The position numbers and the translations under genes were made by a program. From Octopus sinensis (Eukaryota), in the NCBI RefSeq assembly GCF_006345805.1, contig NC_043005.1, positions 84,072,001-84,136,000 on the forward strand: a DNA stretch of 64,000 nucleotides, read 5' to 3'. Shown here piece by piece: positions 25,017 through 38,334 of the stretch. Each line of letters starts with the position of its first letter. Position 1 is the first letter of the stretch. The notes beneath the pieces are model-generated. The model was not told the DNA's origin. It searched no databases and was given only the letters and a program-made list of their open reading frames with translations.

Positions 25017-25859
25017 CCATAAATATATAATATATATATATGTGTGTGTATATGTGACATACACACACACAACAACAATTATAAACATGATTTCTGTACA
25101 CAAATCCATGAATATACAGCAATATGTATTAATTTATGCACAAACATGCAAATTGATAAACAATCTGACACGTTTTTTTACATACACACAAAGATACATG
25201 TATGATTAAAAAGAAAAAAATTGTGTCAGAGTGTTTGATACACATGCATGTGTGTGTGTGTGTGTGTGTGAATGTTTGTGTGTGAATGTGTATGTGAATA
25301 TATGTGTGTGTGAATGTGTGGATGCATGTCTGTATGTGCATGAACACTGTGTGTGTGTGTGAGACAGAGACAGAGGAGTGCTAGTGTAACTTGAATACCA
25401 ATGAGGTATATATGATCCATTTAGTGTGGGTGGTTCCGTTCTGTAACTCGAGTTTTAAATAGTTTTGAAACTATGTTGCCAGATACTTAGAGTATTGCGC
25501 AATGTCTAACCCCCAGGCCCCACCCAACAACCACACAAACAATGAATCAATGGTGTATACTTATTGACAGTGTATTTATGTAATTCCACCAAGGTTGGCC
25601 TTACCTTTCATCTTTTTGGGGTCGATAAATTAAGTACCAGTTGTGTACTGGGGTCTATCTAATTGACTGGTCCCCTCCCCCAAAATTTCAGGCCTTGTGC
25701 TTAGAGTAGAAAAAAGTGTCTTTACATAGTTGTTTGACATGATAGAAACATCAACCCAATCTCCTCAATCAGTAGCCTATAGTATCAAAAAATGAAGGAC
25801 GTAGTGGGCAATAAAATACTGGATATACTATGCCTAAGAATTTGTGTTTCAAATTGTGA

Positions 25860-27345
25860 GTGAGCAACTCTTTGAGGGGAGGGGTTGAGTTGATTAGATT
25901 ACTCTCCCCCACCCAGTACTCATTTGGTACTTTATTTTGAGTCTGAAAGGATGGAAAGCCAGGGCTGATTTTAGTGGGATTTGAACTCTGAATCTAAAGA
26001 GATGCAACCAAATGCCAAAAGGTAATTCTCCAATGCTCTAATAATTCTGTCAGCTCACCTCCTTATTCTTATTGTTGTTATGCCTTTTTACTATAGGCAC
26101 AAGGCCTGAAATTTGTGTGTGTGTGGAATTGGTCGATTACATAGATCCCTGGGTTTCACTGGTACTTATTTTATCGACCCTGAAAGGATGAAAGCCACTA
26201 TCAACCTTGGCAGAATTTGAACTCAGAACACGAAGACAGAAGAAACACTACTGAGCCTTTCACCTGGCATGCTAACGATTCTGCCAGCGCACTGCCTTAA
26301 TAATAATATTAACAAGAGCACTCAGAGAGTGCAAACCTCTGCCAAGGCAACACCAACGTCCTCTCTCAACAATTAGATGGAAATGATTATTAAAATGAGA
26401 ATATTGGAAATAAACTCGACTGCACTCACAAACGAGAATACTAAAAACGAGCCCAACTGCTCTCAAAAATTAAGTAAAAATACAGGAAAAGTAATCCAGA
26501 ATCCTTGTCCAGTATTAGATTGATCCCAAAATTTAATCAGTTCAGTTCTTATCAGTCATGAGGCCAAACATCCCTGAAAATTTCATCCAAATCCATCCAG
26601 CAGTTCTTGAGATATCTTGTCCATTAACAAACGAACAAACAATACTTCCGCCTTTGCTAAAGCAGAGCTAATAATAATAATAATAATAATTATAATAATA
26701 ATAATGTTGGCACAGGGCCATAAATTTTGGGGGAGTTGATTATGTCAACCTCAGTGTTCAACTGCTACTTATTTTATCAACCCTGAAATGAAGAAAGGCA
26801 AAGCTGACCTCAGTGGAATTTGAATGCAGAACTGAAAGGTGGACGAAATACCTCTAAGCATTTTACCCAGTGTGCTAATGATGCTGCTAGCTCAAACCAT
26901 GGTAATGATCATAATGAAATAATAATTAATAAGAATAACCTTTTCTTCTATAGGCACAAGGCTTGGATGTTTTGGGGGGAAGGGACTCAATTACATGAAG
27001 CCCAGCCCTCAACTGGTACTTCATCAAAAGGATGAAAGGCAGAGTCAACCATAGTGGAATTTGAACCTAGAATGTAATGATGGATGAAATGGCACTAAGA
27101 ATTTTGTCTGGCATGCTAATTATTCTGTCAGTTTACCACCTTAATAACCCTGAAGTTTTTGGGGAGAGAACCGGTTGATTACATTAACCTCAGTGTTTCA
27201 CTGGTACTTAATTTATCGATCCTGAAAGGATAAAAGGTAAAGTTGAGCCTGGCAGAATTTGAACTCAGAACATAGAGATGGGTGAAATTCTGCTAAGAAT
27301 TTCGTCCAGCATGCTAACAATTCTGCCAGCTTCTTACCTTAAATG
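25860..27345 (-). mobile_element. Array of about five co-oriented SINE family A copies
   Basis: Copies at roughly 25860-26060, 26085-26300, 26705-26890, 26945-27145 and 27150-27345. Confidence 0.8.
26311..26671 (+). mobile_element. Non-autonomous Helentron-like (HINE/DINE-type) element
   Basis: 5' aacaagagcactcagagagtgcaaacctctgcc. 3' decayed hairpin acttccgcc-tttgctaa-agcagagct related to the 5' subterminal motif. No TSD; inserted in an A/T run. Confidence 0.55.
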
Positions 27346-28404
27346 GTTTCAAATTTAGGCACATGTAAAGCAATTTTGAGGGGTTTCGCTATTGTTGATG
27401 TGTAGTTAAAATAGAGAAAGAGTCTCCTGACAAACTGTTTCAGTTGTTGACTATTCCTCAGAGATATACTTAGCTTCCTTTCCCAGTCAATAGATATTGT
27501 TCAACCCTTTTCATACCAACCCACCCCAAATTGTTATTGGTTCTATGATACAGAATTCCTGTTTTAAAGTGATTTAAATTAAAACCTTCCATCAAAATTT
27601 AATCCTTAAACAGAAGACATCATCAATTGATGTTTCAAACATTTTACATAGACATGACCATCATTAAAGGACAGTGAATATTTTACAGAACTTTTTGATA
27701 ATGAGATTTTAAATTTTATTCTGCAAGAGGCCAATAATTATTACAATTTTTATACCTATTTAAGTGATAATTACCCTAAAAAAGAAAGAAACAATTTTTT
27801 TGTTTTTTGCTCACTTGGCACACACAATCATGTAAATCTTTCCTGCCATTTAAGGATCAATGATGGCAAAAATTCTTCATTATTTCAAAATTAACTGAAA
27901 TAAAGGCAAACAAGATTGTTGTTATTTAGACTCAAGTCAGCTCCATTCCTGTCGACCCCTAGCCAAAACCATTCCTACCCTGATTATTTCATCACATATT
28001 TCAACACAGTACAGTATGTTAGGTGGTTAGGAGTAATACAAGGTCTCATGATACACCCTTTTTCAACTCCTGCAGGGCACGCCTTACGTCAAGATTATAC
28101 AAACAGATTTTGACTAAAAATTTTGTAACATAATCTTTAGGTTTCTGTTAGTTTGAAAAATTTCAATTCTTTCTTTCTCATTCACCCATTTTCATTAAAG
28201 TTTGGTAAAATTGGGCAGTTCTTTGAATTTTCAGTGTATGAAAATAACAAACTTATTTAAGTCAACATTTTGACAAATATACTTATTGTCCCAAGCCAGC
28301 ATGGAAGGCAGACATTAAACGATGATGATGATGATGATTGTTAAATAAAATTTTGAAGAATAATAAAATTATTTTGTGATTTATTTTATGTAATATATAG
28401 AAAT

Positions 28405-28565
28405 TCTGAAAAAGGAATGGGACTAGATTGGTCACACAGTAGGGATACCTCCAAGCAATATTGTAAGACAAATGTTAGGGTGGCAACCAGAAGGAAAGAG
28501 GAAAGTTGGAGGACCTAAGAAGACTTGAAAAGGATGTGTGGAGGACAAAGTGAAGGCAATCAGAA
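28405..28565 (+). mobile_element. RTE-clade LINE ORF C-terminal remnant
   Basis: Translates W D * IGHTVGIPPSNIVRQMLGWQPEGKRKVGGPKKT *, matching the RTE W.WIGH...W.P.GKR..GRPK.TW motif with stops. Confidence 0.75.
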
Positions 28566-28865
28566 TTTTTTTACTTTGAAATCTTGGAGGTAGCTCAAGA
28601 TTGCATGGAATGGTTACAGCCCTTTTTTCTTTATGGAGTAATGTGAACTAACTAACCCAACTAAAATATAGTGTATTGTGTCCAATGTATGAGGTTTGTG
28701 AAATTATCTTTTAATAATGGAGTAAGATTTGAGTGACATCTCCTAAGGCTGGTGTGAGACATTCATTTATGGTGTCTACTGTCCTTCGTGAGGTGTTTGT
28801 AAACTTATATTATTTAGGTAGTGGGGCTACATTTATCTCTTAAGGCTGGTTGTGAGACTCTAAAC

Positions 28866-29490
28866 CAGTATTTCTCAACCTTTTTACCGTTGCGTAACCC
28901 TTAAAATAAATTGCATGTCTCAGGAACCCCTGCACAAAAAAAACAATATACACCATATTTATCTCATGTTTTTCATTGTAGTTCACATGGTAAATATTAT
29001 ATATATATCAAAAGGATGTGTTATAATACTATTTCACGGCCACACCAACAATCCAATAATACTTATCCATATATATATAAAAACAGCCATACCAGCAATG
29101 CAACATACCTCCATCATCAGCTGCCCCACGGATATCATTATAGTTTCGACACCTGGGCAGTACCATTCAATCCAGTGGTGTCAACAGTGTTGTTTCGGAA
29201 TAAACAAACCAAAGAAACCACAATTTTCAAACACATTTACTCAGTGTACAACCATATCAATAAATAAATTCCATAAGTAAATTACAACCACTCTTAAATA
29301 TATATATATGGTTGTTATATTTTTTCTTGATAGCATAATAGATTAGATAGGATGATGTCTATATTACAATAACCAATAATATGTTGTGCATGTATAGTAA
29401 CATTACAATCATGAAATCAGCATTAGCTTATCTCACTCTTTCTCGCGGAACCCCTAGGAACCTTTTATGGAACCCTGGTTGAGAATGCTG
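28866..29490. mobile_element. hAT (Charlie-like) non-autonomous element with perfect 8-bp TSD
   Basis: TIRs cagtatttctcaacc / ggttgagaatgctg. TSD ctctaaac at 28858-28865 and 29491-29498. Confidence 0.9.
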
Positions 29491-30157
29491 CTCTAAACCA
29501 TATAAAGAAGATATGATAAAAGTGAAACGTTTAATTATTTCAAGGGTCCTGTGGATTGTGAAGCTCTAAGTTAAATCTCTAATTGGTACTACATTCGTTA
29601 TGATGATGAACGCTCCAGCTGGTCTGGTCAATGGAACAGCTTGTTCATGAAATTAATGTGTATGTGGCTGAGAGCTTCACAGTCATGTGCACCTCTAACC
29701 TAGTTCTCTGGAAGATTCAGCATGACAAAGAAAATTAGAGTTATGTACCCTTTCACTGTAGACACCACAATTAAATTGTAGAATAATTCAACAAAAATGG
29801 GTTCAAAGTCTACAAGACAGCTGTTCAATCTGGAAAGGGCGGTGTCCTCAAGTTCACGAAAAGAAATGTCTTCATATGCTTGGAGCCCTCTCTGTAGAAT
29901 TATTCTCTGAGTTTTATTGTGGCTTTTATGATCAAAGGGGACATGACTCTAATTTTCTCTTCACCTTTGCATCAACCTTATTGCTTTTTCCTTCTGACTT
30001 CTCATGTACCAGCGTCCTAATTTTCAAATCGAACAGACAATGTGCTTGGGAGAGACAGAGTATGTTATATAAAATCTGCCTAGACGTGTCTGCACAGTAA
30101 GAAACTATTAGCTCCTATCTTTATACTGTGTATATTAAATGTCTGAATACATGTATG

Positions 30158-30209
<52 letters not shown>

Positions 30210-30306
30210 ATCCAAACAAGAAAACACAGAAAAAAAGAGAAAAAAACACAGCAACGCGAGGACGTGGAACAATTAAAGTATTATTGACGCTCAGGAAAGA
30301 AGGGAA

Positions 30307-30339
<33 letters not shown>

Positions 30340-30340
<1 letters not shown>

Positions 30341-30495
30341 TCATCATCATCATTTAACGTCTGTTTTCCGCGCTAGCACGGGTTGGACGGTTCAACCGGA
30401 GTCTGGGAAGCCAGGGGCTGCACCAGGCTCCAGTCTGATCTGGCAGTGTTTCTACAGCTGGATGCCCTTCCTAACGCCAACTACTCCACGAGTGT
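30340..30495 (-). mobile_element. RTE 3'UTR fragment (family C)
   Basis: catcatcatttaacgtctgttttccgcgctagcacgggttgg. Confidence 0.85.
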
Positions 30496-30654
30496 AGTAA
30501 ATATATATATATATATATATTGTATCTGTATATCTATATATCTCAAACATATAACCGTGTTATATATTTTAAGATGTAAATATCAATATTCTAATACATA
30601 AACATTAAAATACAAACTCTATACATGAAAAGAATATAATAATAATAATAATAA

Positions 30655-30855
30655 TCCCTTCTACTGAAGGCACGAGATCGGGAACTTTTGGCGGGAGGGG
30701 ACTACTTGATTACATCAGCCCCAGTGTTTCACTGGTACTTAATTTATCAACCCCAAAAGGATTAAAGGCATTTGAACTCAGAACGTAAAGACAAACAAAT
30801 GCTTCTAAGCATTTTGTCCGGCATGCTAATGACTCTGCCAGATCACCATCATAGT
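30655..30855 (-). mobile_element. SINE family A (internal deletion)
   Basis: Family A motifs. Confidence 0.8.
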
Positions 30856-30927
30856 AATAATAATAATAATAACAACTGCAAAAAAACAAAACCAGAACAA
30901 TATTGAAAAGCTGTAACGAACAGATGT

Positions 30928-30937
30928 TACTCACCTG
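30928..30937 (-). promoter_or_regulatory. Candidate 5' splice donor CAG|GTGAGTA of a non-coding HS3ST exon
   Basis: Full consensus donor at the edge of a unique, repeat-poor island (30935 to about 31850). The link to HS3ST is inference. Confidence 0.45.
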
Positions 30938-31904
30938 GCTTTAATCCAATAATCAACTACGTGGGGGAATTCTGAAGATATTTACCAACATCGCTTTAAA
31001 TATTGTGCGTTGTACAATATATCTTTTACAGGCTATAGAATATGTTATACGCCATAGAATATATACTTGCTTCTTGTATATAATCGTTTAATAAATAAAC
31101 CATAAACTGTGTTTTTGATTTATTTAAAGAGGCATTTAATTACATGGTTTTTTGGTAGTTGAAACGGAACCAGCCGACCAATCAACCAACTGACTGGCTA
31201 ATCTCAATTAATCCCTACCAAAATTTATTTTTGGATTTCGTTCTTCAGAATTATTATTGATATTATTTATCATTTCTTTTTGTAGTTTTGGGTGAACGGG
31301 GGGTGGGGGTGGGTGGAGGTCAGTGACATTTTGTGTTGCATCATTGTTGGTAATGTATTACATTATAGATATATCATACAGAATATATACACACACATAT
31401 ATATATATATATGAACTCTTCTACATCACACCATAACGAATAGATTACACAACATTGGCAAAGAAATTTGAGAAATTTGAAAAGAAAATGCGAAACCAAA
31501 AACAATATCACTATACATGAAATTTTATATCATTTTCCTGACATGATGATTTTAATATTTTTTTAAACCATATAATACAAATCTTATGTAGATTTTTTCC
31601 TTCGATTTTGCTTTATATATATATATATATATATAAGTATATATATATATATATACACATCATACATATATAGATATATACATGCATATATTATGTATGT
31701 GTGTGGAACTCAAGGGAGTTGAGCTTTAGTTTGTTAATTGAATAATTTAGAAAGATGGGGAGGAGTGTAGTAAAATAGTTGGGCTCAGCAAACCGGACAC
31801 AATCTCTGCATGGTCTACCCCACTCCTTCAACTACGTCACGAAACAAAATTAATAATAATAATAATAATAATAATCATGATGATGATGACGATGATGATG
31901 ATCC

Positions 31905-32120
31905 TTTGTACTATAGGCACAAGGCTTGGAATTTTTTTGGGAAGGTGATGGGTTGATTACATCGAGGCCAGTACTTGACTGGTTCTTAATTTATCCACCC
32001 TGAAAGGATGGAAAGCGAAGTTGACCTCGGTGGAATTTGAACTCAGAACATAAAGATGGACAAAATGCTGCTAAGCATTTCACCTGGTGTGTTAACAATT
32101 CTGTCAGCTTGCCACCATAA
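31905..32120 (-). mobile_element. SINE family A
   Basis: Full-length reverse copy. Confidence 0.85.
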
Positions 32121-32436
32121 TAATAATAATAAGAATGATAATGATGATAATAATGATGATGATATAATAATGATGATGATGATATAATGATGATGATGAT
32201 GATATAATGATGATGATAATCATGATGATGATGATGATCATAATGATGATGATAATAATACTAATAATGATGATGATAATCATGATGATCATAATGATTA
32301 TATCATAATGATGATGATAATAATAATAATGGTGATGATCATAATTATGATAATGATGATGATCATAATGATAATAATAATAATATGATGATTATGATGA
32401 TAATAATTATGATAATGATGATGATGAGAAAATAAA

Positions 32437-32473
<37 letters not shown>

Positions 32474-33125
32474 CAGTGTTGTTGTATACTGACATCCTTT
32501 CCACTATAACCACAACAAAAATGCTAATTGGTTAAAAAAAAAGAAGTACTCTCCTGTTCCTGCTAAATTTTATTGGTTGGCTCTTAAATATGATCCCTTG
32601 TATAATTTGGGTGTGGAGGGAGATGTGTGGGATATGGAGTGTGTGTTTTGTGTGGGAGGGAGATGAATGGAACCTTGAGATGGGGTGTGTGGGTGGGTTT
32701 CTTAAAAAACCTGTCTTCATGACCCCCCTCCACACTTTTCATAATAGTTGAGGGGTGTGTGGTTTCACCACCACCACCATCATCTCTACAACCACCTCTA
32801 TTATTGTCACCACCAAAACTATCATCATCACCATCATTATCATCATCATCACCACCATAGCCACCATCACTATGAGCATTGTAACTGTCCTCCTCCTCAT
32901 CATCATCATCATCACTACCATCACCAACAAGAACATCACCATCATCATTATCATCAATAGTATTATATTCAGCATATCGTCATCACCACCAACACCATCA
33001 TCATTAACATCATCATTACAACAACCACCATCAACAACAGCGACACTAACATTCTCAATAGCGTTTTATCCCCACCACCACCACCACCACCATCGTTATC
33101 ATTATCATCATCATCATCATCAGGG
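32120..33125. repeat. (AAT/GAT)n block (32120-32475) and (CAT/CAC)n block (32765-33125)
   Basis: Direct inspection. Confidence 0.9.
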
Positions 33126-33494
33126 TATCTCTTAATTGATACATTATTTAAATGAGGTGGGTGTGGTTATAGTTGAAAACCCCAAAAGATTTAATAAGGT
33201 AGAAGCGTTTATATTCTACAGGCTGTGATACTTCCCACCGTCACCACCCCTGATACCCCAACACCCTGATGTTATGCCCACCCTGCACCCCCATCCATTG
33301 CAGGTTTGTAAATAAATAAATAAATAAAGAGAGTATATCCCCAGTGAGTGTGGGGAGCTGCTTTTAGTGTGGTTCAGGGTGGGAAGCGGGTGGGAAGCAA
33401 GAGGAGTGAGGGTGAAGATTATATTAATAAGGGAGAACTTGTTCATTCATTGAATAATAATGACTACCATGTGTGCGTGCTAAATGGTTGAGAG

Positions 33495-34195
33495 CGACAT
33501 GTGTGTGTGTATGTGTGTATATATATATTTGGAAACAGACAATAATAAAGTATAAAGAAAGGTATAATTTGGTAATCTGTTAAACAGCTGGACATGCGCA
33601 CACACACACACGCACATGCATATATTTATGTATTTACAGATATACACATATATATGTATACATATGTATATATATATATACATACATACATATATATACA
33701 TACAAGTATATATACATATATATATATATACATACATGTATATATACATATATACATACATACATACATACATATATATACACACATACATATATATATA
33801 TATATACATATATATACATATATATATATACATATATATATATATACATACATGTATATATACATATAATATATATATATATATACATACATATATACAT
33901 ACATATATATATACATACATACATACATATATATATATACATATATATACATATACATATATATATATATACATATACATATATATATACATATATATAT
34001 ATATACATATATATACATACATATACATACATATATATACATACATACATATATATATATACATACAAGTATATATACATATATATATATACACACATGC
34101 AAGTGTGTATATGTGTATACATTTATATACTCATGCACAGACTTGATGGCAACATCTCTTTCTTTTGATGTTATATTGAATGCACATATAAAAAG

Positions 34196-34259
<64 letters not shown>

Positions 34260-34260
34260 C
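33495..34260. repeat. Long compound (TA)/(CATA) microsatellite
   Basis: Direct inspection. Confidence 0.95.
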
Positions 34261-35284
34261 ATATACACCCTACATATATGACTGCACATACTCCTAATTT
34301 GAATATTAATGATAGAATGAAGCTAATGAACAAGCTCATGTGGTTAGTTAAGCAGCTAAAAATAAGAGTTAAATTTCCTTCAAACCCCACTCTACAGTCA
34401 TAAAGAAGGACTCACTGGATAATGCGCTCTTGGTTTGTCTGCCTATGGAAATAACAAGGGACAGTCACGGTTGGAATGCCTTTTATTATATGTCTGCTTC
34501 ATTAAGGTTGGCCTAGCATTAAACAATGACAAAAACAACAATAGCTCGTCTTGAAATTTGCCATATAGGAAGCCATACTCCATAGCAGCTAAATGTTTCT
34601 CAAATATTATCCTACAATCTTTTTTTTTTTTTAAATTGTTCATTGGATAATGTAGTCTGAGATACATTTATGATCTTTTCCACATTTAAAAGTAAGAAAA
34701 AGCAAAATAAAAGCAAAGGGAAATGGATGAAACAAAACAGAATCTTAACAACTGGAATAACTTTTGATCAAAGAATCTGCTTTTGTTAAAGATGAGGGAG
34801 GAAGAGAAGAGAGAAGCTAAGAGGAGGAGGAAGAGAAAAGAGTAGAGATGGGAAGAGGAGAAGGAAAAGCTGGAAGAAGAGAAGTGGGAGGGGAGGATGT
34901 GGCAAAAATGAAGAAGGTTCTCAGTGGGGAACAAGTGAAGTGTTTCCTAGTCACTTGATCTGCTAGTTATAGCAGCCCCGAATCTTCTTTCTGCTCTCTC
35001 AGCCCAAGAAAAAACAAATGACATATTGAAGAAAATGGCCCCCACAGAACATGAAACACAATAATGCAGTTTCCGAGTGAACAACATGAAAGCTGAAGTG
35101 TCCTGCAAGTCTTTCAGAATAGATTAGCCTGAATTTAGAAATGGAGTAAAACAAGGATGGGAATCATTGCTCCTACATCTTTTCTATCTTCTTCTCAGCT
35201 ATGATTGAGCTCACTTGGCCAAGGGTCAGCAGAGTGATCGATAGACTGAAGGTCTGATTATTTTTATTATTATCATCATTATTA

Positions 35285-35700
35285 GTGAGTGAGAGAGTAG
35301 TGTTTTCCATCAAAGTGGCACTGTGGTACAAATATATGAAGCTTAATATACCCATCATGACAATCAGTTCGATAAGGGTACACCAGGCACATGCATCACT
35401 ACCATATGTGCGCACATCAAGATAAACAGTGCAAAAACCTTGCGAGTGGATCCCAGTTAGAATTCTCTTAAGGTTGAGTAGCCCATCCTACTCAAAAGAT
35501 CCCTGTTGTTTAAGGATGATGAATGGAACATCCATGTTTCCAGGGAGGGGTGAATTATTGAAATCCTAAATAATCTCTGTCAACACATGGCTAAGATGCT
35601 CCCCCACAACACGTGCTTGTGATCAGAGATGCATATTTCGTCGGCCTTTAAAGGGAGAGGCTCAAAAAGCTAAGGTCAAGCAACTGCTAAGTAAATTCTG
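35285..35700. mobile_element. Interspersed repeat family E (second copy 61951-62314)
   Basis: Shared tgagtgagagag..ccatcaaagtg.cactg...gataagggtacaccaggcacatgcatcac...gatcagagatgca. Confidence 0.75.
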
Positions 35701-35729
35701 TGAATTATTATTATTATTAATGCAACCTC

Positions 35730-36490
35730 GCTTAGGTCAACTTTGCTTTTTATATTTTCAGGGTTGTATCAACAAAGCACTGGGGTCGATGTAATCGACA
35801 AATTCCTTCCCCCCAAATTTACTGGCTTTAAATCAAAATTAGAAATAAAACGCTTCGAAGCATTTCGTCCGTTTTTACATTTTAATTATGTTCAAATTTC
35901 GCCGATGTCAACTATATTTTTCATCCTTTCGGAGGCCAATAAAAGTAGTACCAGTCAAGTACTGAGGTCGATGTAACCGACAATCCCGCTTCGTCAAAAG
36001 GCCTTGTGACTATAGTAGAAAGGATTATTATTATTTAAATATTACATTGTACTTTCAGTTCGTTTAGGAAAAAGCTAAAGTATTCTAAATGCAAGGGAAG
36101 TAACTCTATATTAAAGCAGCTCGAAGTGAATTTTGGAACCGAATCTTTGGAGATTTTATAATTCTTCCGTATTCCATTCACGTCTCTTCAATATAAATAT
36201 TTAGAAATTCTTTTTCTTCTTTTTGTAGTTTCTGGTCATATATCGCTACTATTATCCCACTAGTTTTAGTTTTATATCGACCTTTTAATATCGGATGAAA
36301 ATTTGGCGAGCTGGCAGAACCGTTAGCACGCCGGGCAAAATGCTTGACGGCATATCGTCCGTCTTTACGTTCTGAGTTCAAATTCCGCCGAGGTCGACTT
36401 TGCCTTTGATCCTTTCGAGATCGATTAAATAAGAACCAGTTGACTTAACCATCCTCCGAAATTGCTGGCCTGGTGCCAAAATTTGAAACC
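35730..36490 (+). mobile_element. Three SINE family A copies (about 35730-35840, 35860-36030, 36305-36490) with retained CpGs
   Basis: Family A motifs. Confidence 0.8.
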
Positions 36491-36754
36491 CGATATTATC
36501 TTCGGAATAGAAAACTAACACGTTTTAGCACACACTCACACACACACATACACACAGTCATTTGAAGAAGTTATGTTTGCAAAGATCTATTTGATACACT
36601 ATCGGTGGACCCCCGTCGATCGGCGACGAAGATTTAACGAAGCAAAAATATTTTCACGCTAAAGTGTCGGTTCAAAGGGAGATAACAAATATATTGTTGC
36701 AAGGGAGAAAACTCTAGCTGTATTTTTTTTTTTAACGACTTTCTTGGAAATTAC

Positions 36755-37143
36755 TCTACTCTTTTACTTGCTTCAGTCATTTGACTGTAGCCATGCTGGA
36801 GCACCGTCTTTAGTCGAGCAAATCGACCCCAGGACTTATTCTTTGTAAGCCTAGTACTTATTCTATCAGTCTCATATGCCGAACCGCTAGGTTACGGGGA
36901 CTTAAACGTACCAGCATCGGTTGTCAAGCGATGTTGGGGGAAGGGGACAAACAACATATACACACACACATACATATATACATATACATACGACGGGTTT
37001 CTTTCAGTTTCCGTCTACCAAATCCACTCACAAAGCTTTGGTCGGTCCGAGGCTATAGTAGAAGACACACTTGCCCAAGGTGTCACACAGTGGGGCTGAA
37101 CCCGGAACCATGTGGTTGGGAAGCAAGTTATTTACCATACAGC
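36755..37143 (-). mobile_element. SINE family B, near-consensus
   Basis: Family B head and tail. Confidence 0.9.
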
Positions 37144-37799
37144 CAAACACAAATACTCATTATACGCTTGATGGACCAGATGTACGAGAACTTCGTTTCC
37201 TTAGCACGAGGACCCAAGTTCGATGCTTTTGTGCGTCAGATAATTTTTTTAAATCCGTGATTGAATTGGGCAGAGAGAAACTATGGAAGCCCGTAGGGTG
37301 GATTTTACCTGTTTCGAAAAATAATTTCTTGTCACTGAGTAGCACAGATTCTACCTGAGAATCATGTTAAAGTTACATATGTGTAAGGAATATTCCACCA
37401 CTTACACGCTAAATCAGGAGCAGAGAGTTCAGTTGATTGAACGAGTCCTCATCATGAAAGGACGAAGATCCACCTCATAGAACCCCTATAATCAGGCTCT
37501 TATTATATCCACTTCAATACATTGAGGGAATTACAGGGACACTAGAAGATATAGGGGCCAAGAGAGATAGACAAATTAAAAAGCAGGAAATCTCAAACCT
37601 TCTTCACCAGTTCCTATGTCTCTAGGGATCTTATTTACATAAATGTGCAGCCGTTTGGTCAAGAACTTTGCTTAAAAATTGAGATTTGTGTTGGATAGTG
37701 CTGCTTGGCACCTTGAGAAAGTATCTTCTGCAGCAAGAGATCAACCAACATTAGTAAGCAGAATTTGGTAGACAGAAACAGTAAGGCGCCCATCGCACA

Positions 37800-37995
37800 C
37801 CTCACCATTCTCTCTCTCTCTCTAAACCAATTTCTATTTTCTGCTTTCTCTCCCTGTTTATTTGTGTTCCTTTCTGTTTAAGAGCATAGGCTTGAAACAT
37901 AAAAGACTTTCTCACTTCCTGAGCATTAAACTAATACATCTGTTTGTTGTTTACACATCCGTCTTCGTCTTTTGTTTTTTTTGTAAATTCTCACT
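37800..37995 (+). mobile_element. PLE-like terminal repeat with a decayed hammerhead-like motif (37870-37905)
   Basis: cttt CTGTTTA a gagc atag gctt GAAA cata aaag. A related reverse copy lies at about 41045-41080. Confidence 0.5.
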
Positions 37996-38010
37996 ATATA
38001 TATAGTAGGT

Positions 38011-38293
38011 GCACTCCATCGGTTGCGACGATGAGGGTCCCAGCTGATATGATGAACGAAACAGCTTGCTCGTGAAATTAATGGGCAAGTGACTGAGCAC
38101 TCCACAAACACGTGTACCCTTAACGTAGTTCTTGGGGAGATTCAGTGTGACAAGGCTGTACAGGTACTACTCATTTTTGCCAGCTGAGTGGACTGGAGCA
38201 ACATGAAATAAAGTGTTTTGCTCAAGGACACAGCGTACAGCTGGGAATTGAACTTACGATCATGAGCTGAATGCCCCTCACCACTAAGCCATG

Positions 38294-38300
<7 letters not shown>
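38011..38300 (-). mobile_element. SINE family D
   Basis: Head gatggcacatggcttagtggtgagg..aagttcaattccc. Confidence 0.8.

Positions 38301-38331
<31 letters not shown>

Positions 38332-38334
<3 letters not shown>

Noticed and set aside
29100-29165. GAAA ... CTGATGA on the minus strand (also at about 39040-39110) as a type II hammerhead
   Set aside because: Only 23 nt lie between the motifs, too few for stems III and I, and there is no convincing stem II closure.
34443-34667. ORF ending ELLLFLSLFNARPTLMKQ, reminiscent of the E.L.I....P.LN.Q end of a GIY-YIG domain (PLE remnant)
   Set aside because: The key Glu and Asn are absent and there is no upstream GIY/YIG motif. Too weak without an HMM search.
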